The position numbers were made by a program, and so were the translations under genes. The notes below the pieces were generated by a model. The model worked only from the letters and a program-made list of their open reading frames with translations, had not been told where the DNA came from and searched no databases. Below, piece by piece: positions 27,433 to 34,343 of a stretch of DNA of 57,219 bases. Origin of the DNA: Candidatus Nanohaloarchaea archaeon (GTDB taxonomy: Archaea; Nanohalarchaeota; Nanosalinia; Nanosalinales; Nanosalinaceae); NCBI GenBank assembly GCA_042217695.1, contig JBDGSE010000031.1:1-57219 (forward strand), given 5' to 3'. How positions within the stretch are numbered: the stretch's first letter is position 1; the number at the start of each line of letters is the position of its first letter.

Positions 27433-27909
27433 TTCAGAAGTCCAGTCTATATCGCCGTAATCCGGCTCTCCTCTTTCAATTTTCTCTTTAACTGTCTCCA
27501 CTGTTTCCTCCACCGTCTTCCCCGTGGTATCTACCTCAACAACTGTGTCCTGTTCCTCAACAGCCTCCACAAGTACCACATCCAGGGCCTCCGACTCGAT
27601 ATTTTCCCGGACCTTCTGCGGGGGGTAATCACGGTCGGAAAGTCTTTCCTCGAGTTCGTCCGGCGCACACCGCAGCACGATACAGATGTCCGCGGGCACG
27701 TGGTGCGCCAGATGTCCCTCGATGACATGATCTCCGTCAAGGTCTTCAAGGGATTCAACCATCGCGGGGACATCCACCTCGAATTCCTCTCGTTGTTCTC
27801 CCAGGCCGTGCTCCTTCACGTACTCTGTCAGGTGTATCACCGGGTAACCCAGTTCCTCTGAGACCGAGGTCTTGCCGGTCCCGGGCGTCCCTGTTAACGC
27901 TATTATCAC
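27427..27909 (-). CDS. Fap7/AK6-type adenylate kinase-like NTPase
   Basis: (V/M)IIALTGTPGTGKTS P-loop; VIEGHLAHH; VLRCAPDELEERLSDRDYPPQKVRENIESE. GTG at 27907-27909 with TATA-like TTTTAT ~26 nt upstream. An alternative ATG is at 27954. The track ORF running to 28221 is an artefact. Confidence 0.7.
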   Translation of the reverse strand: MIIALTGTPGTGKTSVSEELGYPVIHLTEYVKEHGLGEQREEFEVDVPAMVESLEDLDGDHVIEGHLAHHVPADICIVLRCAPDELEERLSDRDYPPQKVRENIESEALDVVLVEAVEEQDTVVEVDTTGKTVEETVETVKEKIERGEPDYGDIDWTSEL

Positions 27910-27975
27910 ACCGATTAACTTGCGACGAAAGCATAAAAGATTGATTTGGTTCATTGTTAGACGGGAGGACTGAAG

Positions 27976-28044
27976 ATGATATCTGTATGGACTCGTGAAA
28001 CAGGTTTCACTCGACCAGCCATCACCACCGGTGATAACCGGTGA
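27976..28044 (+). promoter_or_regulatory. decoy copy of the rfcS start / possible 22-codon upstream ORF
   Basis: atgatatctgtatggac (27976-27992) versus atgatatctgtctggac (28115-28131), 16/17 identical. GGAGG lies 7 nt upstream. Encodes MISVWTRETGFTRPAITTGDNR. Confidence 0.35.
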
Positions 28045-28047
28045 TAA
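28028..28047. repeat. 2 x 10-bp tandem repeat
   Basis: ccggtgataa ccggtgataa; contains the CACCGGTG/ACCGGT palindromes. Confidence 0.8.
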
Positions 28048-28089
28048 GTGTCTGGAAACGAAAAGATAGGGTTTTCTCCTTCCAGACAC
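28048..28089. repeat. perfect 10-bp inverted repeat with 22-nt spacer, 26 nt upstream of rfcS
   Basis: gtgtctggaa (28048-28057) and ttccagacac (28080-28089). Confidence 0.8.
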
Positions 28090-28114
28090 AATCAGCGACA
28101 GAGGTGTTTTGTCG

Positions 28115-29065
28115 ATGATATCTGTCTGGACGGAAAAGTACCGCCCCGACACCCTGGGAGAGGTCGTGGGACAGGAAAAGATAGTTGAACGGCTGGAGGC
28201 TTTTGTGGAGGAGGATTCCATCCCTCACATGCTTTTCGCGGGTCCTGCAGGCACGGGAAAAACGACGAGCGCCATCGCGCTGGCGAAGGATCTCTACGGC
28301 GACGAGTGGAAGCAGAACTTCATGGAGACCAACGCCTCCGACGAGAGAGGTATCGACGTTGTCAGGGAAAAGATAAAGGATTTCGCCCGGACCAAACCCA
28401 TAAACGCCGACTACAAGATAATATTCCTGGACGAGGCCGACGCGCTGACCTCGGACGCCCAGCAAGCCCTGAGGAGAACGATGGAACAGTTCTCCGACAA
28501 CTGCCGTTTCATCCTTTCCTGTAACTTCTCCTCCAAGATAATAGATCCCATCCAGTCCAGGACCGCTGTGTTCCGTTTCAACCGGCTGGAGGAGGATGAG
28601 GTAAAGGAGTACATCTCCCGTATAGGCTCCGAGGAAGGGTTCCAGATATCTGAGGATGCTGTCGACGCGGTTATGAGAGTCTCCGACGGCGACCTGCGGC
28701 GCGTCACGAACGTCCTACAGACAGCGGCTATAAACAACGACTCCATCGAGGAGGAGGACGTATACGCGGTCGCAGCCTCTCTACGCCCGGAAGAGATAAA
28801 CGAGATACTTGAGACTGCGCTTGAGGGAGACTTCATCGATGCCAGAGAAGACCTGGCGGAGATAATGATAGACCGGGGTCTTGACGGCCAGGACGTGATC
28901 GACTCCATCCACAGAGAAGTGTTCGACCTGGATATCTCGGAGGAGGCAAAACTTGAAATCGTGGACAACCTGGGCGAGTTCGAGTTCCGGATAGCCGAGG
29001 GCGGTTCCAGCGACATACAGATAGAGGCCCTGCTCGCCAAGATAGCCTCGCTCGAGGAACGATGA
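28115..29065 (+). CDS. rfcS: replication factor C small subunit
   Basis: MISVWTEKYRP, GPAGTGKTT, FLDEADALT and IQSRT motifs. The track start at 28109 is TTG; an ATG is at 28115. Confidence 0.9.
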   Translation: MISVWTEKYRPDTLGEVVGQEKIVERLEAFVEEDSIPHMLFAGPAGTGKTTSAIALAKDLYGDEWKQNFMETNASDERGIDVVREKIKDFARTKPINADYKIIFLDEADALTSDAQQALRRTMEQFSDNCRFILSCNFSSKIIDPIQSRTAVFRFNRLEEDEVKEYISRIGSEEGFQISEDAVDAVMRVSDGDLRRVTNVLQTAAINNDSIEEEDVYAVAASLRPEEINEILETALEGDFIDAREDLAEIMIDRGLDGQDVIDSIHREVFDLDISEEAKLEIVDNLGEFEFRIAEGGSSDIQIEALLAKIASLEER

Positions 29066-29661
29066 AAGTAGCGCTCGACCTGGAGGGAGTACTGTCAGAC
29101 ATACACACAGAGTTCCTGAAGGTTTACAACAGGAGACACGGGACTTCTTTCTCCCGGGAAGACATCGATGACTGGGTCTTTGGAACAGTCCGCGAACACT
29201 TCAACGAGACGCACGGCCTGGAACCCGGCAACACGCAGGGCTTCCTGAGAGGACACCACAGCTGGGAAGGTTTCTACGCGGTGTCAGAAAACATGTGGAG
29301 AGAGGACCACGATAGAATCCCCGCGCTTTTCGACTCTGTCCCCACTATTATGAGCGACGAAGAGTTCCAGGTGGACATCGTGACAGCCCGGAAACGTGTC
29401 AGGGAAAAACTGGAGCAGTGGCTGGAGTCGAAAGGCGTACAGAAGGGCCGTCACTTCGACCGGTTAAGGATAGAGAACGACAAGCACAGACTTGACTACG
29501 ATATCTTCATAGACGATAACCCCGCGTTACACCAGGAGTTGAAAGGGACGGAAAAACACGGGATAATGGTGGAGCAGCCCTGGAACCGTTCCACGGACTG
29601 CGGAACCACACGGGTAAAAAACGTTGAACAGGTTACGGAGGCGGTAAAGGATCTGGACTGA
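29062..29661 (+). CDS. HAD-superfamily 5'(3')-deoxyribonucleotidase-like protein
   Basis: Motif I ALDLEGVLSD (DxE instead of DxD) and motif IV IFIDDNP, as in the NT5C family. ATGA overlap with rfcS. Confidence 0.55.
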   Translation: MKVALDLEGVLSDIHTEFLKVYNRRHGTSFSREDIDDWVFGTVREHFNETHGLEPGNTQGFLRGHHSWEGFYAVSENMWREDHDRIPALFDSVPTIMSDEEFQVDIVTARKRVREKLEQWLESKGVQKGRHFDRLRIENDKHRLDYDIFIDDNPALHQELKGTEKHGIMVEQPWNRSTDCGTTRVKNVEQVTEAVKDLD

Positions 29662-30835
29662 GAAATACAGGCCGGAAAGCCTTGAAGAGTACCGGGGCGC
29701 TTCCAAACAAAAGGAAGAGCTGAAGAAATGGCTGGAGAACTGGGATCAGGGCGACGAACCTGTGCTGCTCCACGGCCAGGCAGGCACCGGGAAGACCTCT
29801 CTTGTAGAGGCGCTGGCGAACGAGTACGGCTACGAACTGGTGGAGACCAACGCCTCGGACGTGAGGACGAAAAAGAAGCTGAAGTCAGAGCTGAAGGAGG
29901 CGACCCGTCAGGCCTCGTTCTTCGGCACCGAGAAGATAATACTGATAGACGAGGTCGACGGTATGTCCGGCTCCGACCGGGGCGGCGTCGCCGAGTTGAG
30001 GGAGATAGTTGACGAATCCCGTTTCCCCGTCGTGATGACGGCAAACGACCCCTACGACTCCAGGATCAAATCACTGAGGAACCGGGCGAAGATGGTCAAG
30101 CTGGACTCGGTCCACACGAACTCTATCGCGGCCCATCTAAGACAGATACTCGACGCGGAAGGAATCGAGTACGAGGACGGCGCGATGAAACGTATCGCAA
30201 GGGCCTCCGGCGGGCAGATGCGGTCCGCGATAAACGACCTGGAGGCTGTCGCCCGGGGGAAGGACAGGGTGACCGTCGAAGATGTAAAGGTTCTCAGCCA
30301 GCGCGACAACCGCCAGGACATATTCGAGGCGTTAAAGATAGTTTTCAAGACCTCTACCGCCGAGACCGCGGACCAGGCCACGAACAACCTGGACGAGGAC
30401 GCCGACACCTTCCTGCAGTGGGTCCGGGAGAACGTTCCCAGGGAGTACAGGCGGATGGGCGACGTTTCAAGGGCGTACAACTGGGTTTCGAAGGCCGACC
30501 TGTTCAACGGCCGGCTCCGAAGGACACAGAACTGGAAGCTCCTGAAGTACGTCTACCTGTTCTCCACAGTCGGCGTGGCTTTAAGCAAGGAGGAGAAGTA
30601 CGAGGGCTGGACGAAGTACCAGTACCCGTCGAAGATAAGGAAGATGGGTTCCTCACGGGCCTCGAGAAGAACTTTCTCACAGATCGCCGACAAACTGGGC
30701 GAAAAACTACACATCTCCGGGAGGGAGTCAGCCCGCGAACTCCCGTTCCTGGCCCAGATAATGGACGATTACCCTGTACAGGAGGAACTGGAGCTGGAAG
30801 ACGACGAGACGGAATTCATCCGGAAATTTGTCTAG
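29651..30835 (+). CDS. rfcL: replication factor C large subunit (start codon unresolved)
   Basis: In-frame (I)WTEKYRPESLEEY...LLHGQAGTGKTS, IDEVDGM and TANDPYD. The first canonical start (GTG 29762) lies after the conserved box. A TAA at 29645-29647 bounds the frame, so I give ATC 29651 as the provisional start. Confidence 0.8.
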   Translation: MWTEKYRPESLEEYRGASKQKEELKKWLENWDQGDEPVLLHGQAGTGKTSLVEALANEYGYELVETNASDVRTKKKLKSELKEATRQASFFGTEKIILIDEVDGMSGSDRGGVAELREIVDESRFPVVMTANDPYDSRIKSLRNRAKMVKLDSVHTNSIAAHLRQILDAEGIEYEDGAMKRIARASGGQMRSAINDLEAVARGKDRVTVEDVKVLSQRDNRQDIFEALKIVFKTSTAETADQATNNLDEDADTFLQWVRENVPREYRRMGDVSRAYNWVSKADLFNGRLRRTQNWKLLKYVYLFSTVGVALSKEEKYEGWTKYQYPSKIRKMGSSRASRRTFSQIADKLGEKLHISGRESARELPFLAQIMDDYPVQEELELEDDETEFIRKFV

Positions 30836-31398
30836 GGCCTGTATTTCAGAGTGTAAATCTCTTTTACCCATGCGTGAGGGCTGCGGTCAACGGAGCCTTT
30901 ATACTCTTCAACGTAGGCTTCTCCCTGACTGAGAGCGGGCGAACCTATCAACAGGTAAGCGCTCCGGTACTTGAAGTCGGAGGCGCCGAAAACCGAACTT
31001 GAAGCGCCTATACCGTACATCGCTGATTCGAGACCGTTTGAGAGCCGGTGTGTCTGCGGCTCGTCCTGAGTGGTGACGAAAACAACTATATCGCCGTCCT
31101 CCGGAAGGTTATTCAGGTCGTTCGCCATCCTGCCGGCGGCCTCTATCCCGTCGACAGTTCCATCGTTGTCCGCATCGCCGGACTCGTAAACATCGTATGT
31201 CCGGTGCCACATCCACGACCCGGTCTCCTTGTTGAAGACAGAAACACCGTATGAACGGGTGCCGTCAAGCAACTGTGTCCTGCTGCTCCCCACGTAAGTC
31301 CCACCGTAGTCAGCGGGATCGCCGCTAGGCGGAAGCGGGGCGTTTCCACCCTCGGACTGTCTCGCATCGAATCCTATCGAGTACACCATCACCTCCAT
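30832..31398 (-). CDS. signal-less protein with ILEI/FAM3 (PANDER)-like pattern, last gene of the pilus locus
   Basis: 188 aa. GVSVFNKETGSWMWHRTYDVYESGD...LPEDGDIVVFVTTQDEPQTHRL...IGASSSVF...KYRSAYLLIGSPAL resembles remembered ILEI-domain hallmarks. In frame with the upstream ORF across TAG-GAA. Confidence 0.6.
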   Translation of the reverse strand: MEVMVYSIGFDARQSEGGNAPLPPSGDPADYGGTYVGSSRTQLLDGTRSYGVSVFNKETGSWMWHRTYDVYESGDADNDGTVDGIEAAGRMANDLNNLPEDGDIVVFVTTQDEPQTHRLSNGLESAMYGIGASSSVFGASDFKYRSAYLLIGSPALSQGEAYVEEYKGSVDRSPHAWVKEIYTLKYRP

Positions 31399-31401
31399 TT
31401 C

Positions 31402-31746
31402 CTAGGCAGGGGCTCCTACCTCCACGCAGGTCATGTGGAGTCGGACACCGGGCTTGGTCAGTGTCACGTTAAAGCAGTCTCTCTGGCCGGTACGGCTCCA
31501 GTACTTTGCCCTGCCCGTGTACTGGGTGAGGCTGTTCACCATCCGCTTGAAGTTCTCGATCTCCTTGTCCTGCTGGGCGGTGACTTTCTGTGCCTCCCGC
31601 TGGATACGGTTGATGTAGTACGCCTGGTCGTCCGGACTGTAACTCTTTGACTGGATCTGGCTGATGGTCGCCACGGTGCCTATCACCATCACGCTGACGA
31701 TCATCGCCGTCAAGACCATGAACTGTCCCTTCCTCAATTGCGCCAC
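31402..31746 (-). CDS. prepilin-like protein (class III signal)
   Basis: MAQLRKG|QFMVLTAMIVSVMVIGTVATI. Confidence 0.7.
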   Translation of the reverse strand: MAQLRKGQFMVLTAMIVSVMVIGTVATISQIQSKSYSPDDQAYYINRIQREAQKVTAQQDKEIENFKRMVNSLTQYTGRAKYWSRTGQRDCFNVTLTKPGVRLHMTCVEVGAPA

Positions 31747-33512
31747 CTCAGGTGCAGCTGGTACGGCATGTAGGTGATGTTTTTGATACTCCCCGCTATA
31801 CTGGTCGATATCGCCACCGGTTCGCCGCGGCCGCTGAAGGTCTTCTGGTCGCCCCGGAGCCAGTAAATGATTGAAGCCACCAGCCTCCGGTCTGCCTGGC
31901 TGTAACTTGGTTCGTAGGGAACCCTGGCGAGCCGGGTGCCGTCGAAGCCGGAGAACGTCGTCCGGAAGTTAACTACCTCAACCCTCTCCGCCCCGGCATA
32001 CACCATCTCGGCGCAGGTAAGTCCGTCGTCACACCCCGGCCTGGTGGGATAGGTTTTCAGGCGGTACCGGCGGCCTTCAACGGTGAACACCTCGCCGTTC
32101 AGGAAGGGGCCCTCGTCAATGTCCCCGTAGTCGCCGTCACCGTTCCTGTCGATGTTGATGCCGTAGTTCAGTTTGTTGCAGGCCGAGGCACTGGTCCCGA
32201 GGTGGGTGTTGACCATGTCGTATGTGCCTGTGGGGAAGCTGAAGCTCCCGGTCGCCCATTCACCGCAGTAAGTATCCGGCGCGCCCGGAGGCCGGGTATT
32301 CGTCGGGTTCATGTTCATGTTTGTCGCGTTCCATTCATCGGTGTCGTATCTTCCCGCAGGAGAGTATACCATTACCTCCCGGGTGGTGAACTGTGGTCCG
32401 GGACTGGAGCTTATCTTGGCGCCGGGCGAGAGAGTGACCGCCGAGTTATCGCCCTTCTGCCCAACGAAGTACGTCTCAACCTCGCTGGAGAGCGGTGTCT
32501 CGGTGAATGCTATCGATCCACCTGGCGGCGAGGAGTAGCCCAGATCCACCCATTTCAGGCCTGTGTCCGCGATAAACCCGGAGGTCACCTGTGACTGGGA
32601 CGGGTTCATCGCCAGCAGCACGGAGCCCTTCTCCATAAAGTTTTCAAGTTCTGTCCTGTGGTTCTGTATGTTGTCAAGCGACTGTGCTCTCCGGAACACC
32701 ACCAGGTCATAGACGGTTATATCTTTCCCGGAGAACCTGAACGTGTCGAAAGTTGTGTCGGTATCGACACCGTTCACTCCCTTCCTCATGGTCTCCCTCA
32801 TCCGGATCACCTGGTCGGCGCGGTAGACCGTGAACTGCCGGGCGTTGCCGTTGATGGACTTGAAATCGTAGAAATGGGTCTCGCCGGGACCTGTACTGTT
32901 GCCCCAGAAGAAGAAGTCGTGGAGGTAGTGGGGGCCTTCCGCGGCAGAGAACTGGCAAGCGGTACCGTTGTCGACCCATACACTGTCGTAGTTCACCGTG
33001 CCGTCGAATCCTCCGCCGCTGTGTTTTGGGTCGGTATCCGCGAAATAGAGTTTTACCTCGTGCAGATCGGTCAGGGTATCCGAGGAGGCCGTCCGGAGGA
33101 CAGGTGCCTCAGATTTACTCTTTATCTCCTCGAGGCCGCCCTCGCAGGAGCCGCCTGACATGCCGTAAAGGGGTTGTGTGAATCTTTTGTCGGGAAGCGT
33201 GTGGTATCCTATCTGGGTCTCCAGTATAGGCAGGTTTGAAACAGTGCCGGAGACCTTGAGCTCCCTGCTCGAGATAGCGACTACCGAGGTTCTCAGGGCA
33301 CCCGTGTCTCCTCTCTTCATGAAGCTGGAGAGATGGCCTGTTCTCTGGAGCGTGTAGCCCAGGTCATGGGCCGCTATCTGTCTCTGGTAATCCCTCCAGT
33401 CCTGGGCGGCAGAAGGTATCTGGAAGGCGGTGGCGGCGAAGGCCAGCAGGATGAACATGGCTGCTATAGCCTCTATCGAGTACCCTATCCCTTTCCGGTC
33501 GCTCAATCCCAT
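31734..33512 (-). CDS. large prepilin-like protein, candidate pilus-associated adhesin
   Basis: MGLSDRKG|IGYSIEAIAAMFILLAFAATAF. 592 aa. DRNGDGDYGDID calcium-loop-like motif at nt 32115-32150; 7 Cys. Confidence 0.7.
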   Translation of the reverse strand: MGLSDRKGIGYSIEAIAAMFILLAFAATAFQIPSAAQDWRDYQRQIAAHDLGYTLQRTGHLSSFMKRGDTGALRTSVVAISSRELKVSGTVSNLPILETQIGYHTLPDKRFTQPLYGMSGGSCEGGLEEIKSKSEAPVLRTASSDTLTDLHEVKLYFADTDPKHSGGGFDGTVNYDSVWVDNGTACQFSAAEGPHYLHDFFFWGNSTGPGETHFYDFKSINGNARQFTVYRADQVIRMRETMRKGVNGVDTDTTFDTFRFSGKDITVYDLVVFRRAQSLDNIQNHRTELENFMEKGSVLLAMNPSQSQVTSGFIADTGLKWVDLGYSSPPGGSIAFTETPLSSEVETYFVGQKGDNSAVTLSPGAKISSSPGPQFTTREVMVYSPAGRYDTDEWNATNMNMNPTNTRPPGAPDTYCGEWATGSFSFPTGTYDMVNTHLGTSASACNKLNYGINIDRNGDGDYGDIDEGPFLNGEVFTVEGRRYRLKTYPTRPGCDDGLTCAEMVYAGAERVEVVNFRTTFSGFDGTRLARVPYEPSYSQADRRLVASIIYWLRGDQKTFSGRGEPVAISTSIAGSIKNITYMPYQLHLRWRN

Positions 33513-34342
33513 GCTAGCACCTCTATCCTCAGCGGCTGGGGTGCCGACGCCGGCGCGCTGAGGGTGGCGTAACGGTTAAGCTTTATGACCCGGGCATTCC
33601 GGTCTATGGACCCTCCAAAGGTCTTGAGGTGTCGGGAAAGTATAACCGAGGTGCCCGACGTCCCGCCCTTGTTTTCGATGCGTGCTATGGTGAACTTTTT
33701 CCCCTCCAGGAAGACAGTGTCCCCCGGAGAATGCGGCTGACTGTAGAGGAAGTCCCAGTCCGCGGAATGGTAGAGGGTGTCGTAAACACCGTTGTGGGCC
33801 GTCACAAGGAACTTGTGAATAGAACCATAGATCCTCAGGGTTCCGTAATGAACCCTGTTCTCGGCTTTGCTGTATGACGCAGTATCAGGTTCTTCATCAA
33901 CAGGACCTGCAGGATTTCCCCGTATGAAACTTCCCGGCGTCTCCACTATCGGCATCCAGGTGAAGTTGAAACGATAGTTGTTTTCCACGCCCGTCACCTC
34001 CTTGAACTGGGTGTAGTTGAACTGGGCGACGCCGGTGGAGGAGAGGTTCTCGAGCTTGTCTTTCTCGACCACCAGATAGTCGGACGCTATCCCGAACTGT
34101 GTGACATGGCTTATAGTTCCCACGTTCCGCTCCCATTCGGTCCCGCCGGAGCCGTAGCTGTGGTACCCAGGGTTTGAAAGCATCATCTCCGTTACCGCCC
34201 TGGCCTCCAGGTTGAGGGATGCCACTTTCACGTCCTCCCGGAACTGTGGTATTTCGCCCGCCCCCATAGCTGCCACTCCGAGCACGGTAAGCAGGAAGAA
34301 TACCGCTGCCCCTATGTACTCGAGTGTGAACTGTCCTTTCAT
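33503..34342 (-). CDS. prepilin-like protein (class III signal, Glu at +5)
   Basis: MKG|QFTLEYIGAAVFFLLTVLGVAAMG. Confidence 0.7.
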   Translation of the reverse strand: MKGQFTLEYIGAAVFFLLTVLGVAAMGAGEIPQFREDVKVASLNLEARAVTEMMLSNPGYHSYGSGGTEWERNVGTISHVTQFGIASDYLVVEKDKLENLSSTGVAQFNYTQFKEVTGVENNYRFNFTWMPIVETPGSFIRGNPAGPVDEEPDTASYSKAENRVHYGTLRIYGSIHKFLVTAHNGVYDTLYHSADWDFLYSQPHSPGDTVFLEGKKFTIARIENKGGTSGTSVILSRHLKTFGGSIDRNARVIKLNRYATLSAPASAPQPLRIEVLAWD

Positions 34343-34343
34343 T

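Noticed and set aside
27995-28089. Replication origin (ORB-like repeats: CTGGAAAC, GTGAAAC/GTTTCAC)
   Set aside because: The resemblance to ORB/mini-ORB elements is only partial. There is no orc1/cdc6 gene nearby and no extended AT-rich unwinding element, and the spacer is only ~200 nt. I kept it as a regulatory or insertion-footprint finding instead.
27910-28221. Extension of the minus-strand ORF 27427..28221 beyond the P-loop N-terminus
   Set aside because: The extra ~100 residues are Ser/Arg/Cys-rich, run through the rfcS promoter and start, and have no homology. The Fap7-like family starts right at the P-loop, and a TATA-like box lies 26 nt upstream of GTG 27909.
29644-29661. Programmed frameshift fusing the HAD-like ORF to rfcL
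   Set aside because: There is no slippery heptamer. A shift would have to occur within the 4 codons after the TAA in the rfcL frame and would disrupt the W of the WTEKYRP box. A nucleotidase-RFC fusion also has no precedent that I know of.
31402-31404. TAG reassigned (for example pyrrolysine) as the explanation for the in-frame stop
   Set aside because: TAG terminates several conserved genes at their expected ends (valS, the NYN gene, lhr, the giant protease). aRF1 has canonical NIKS/YxCxxxF motifs, and no pyl genes are seen.
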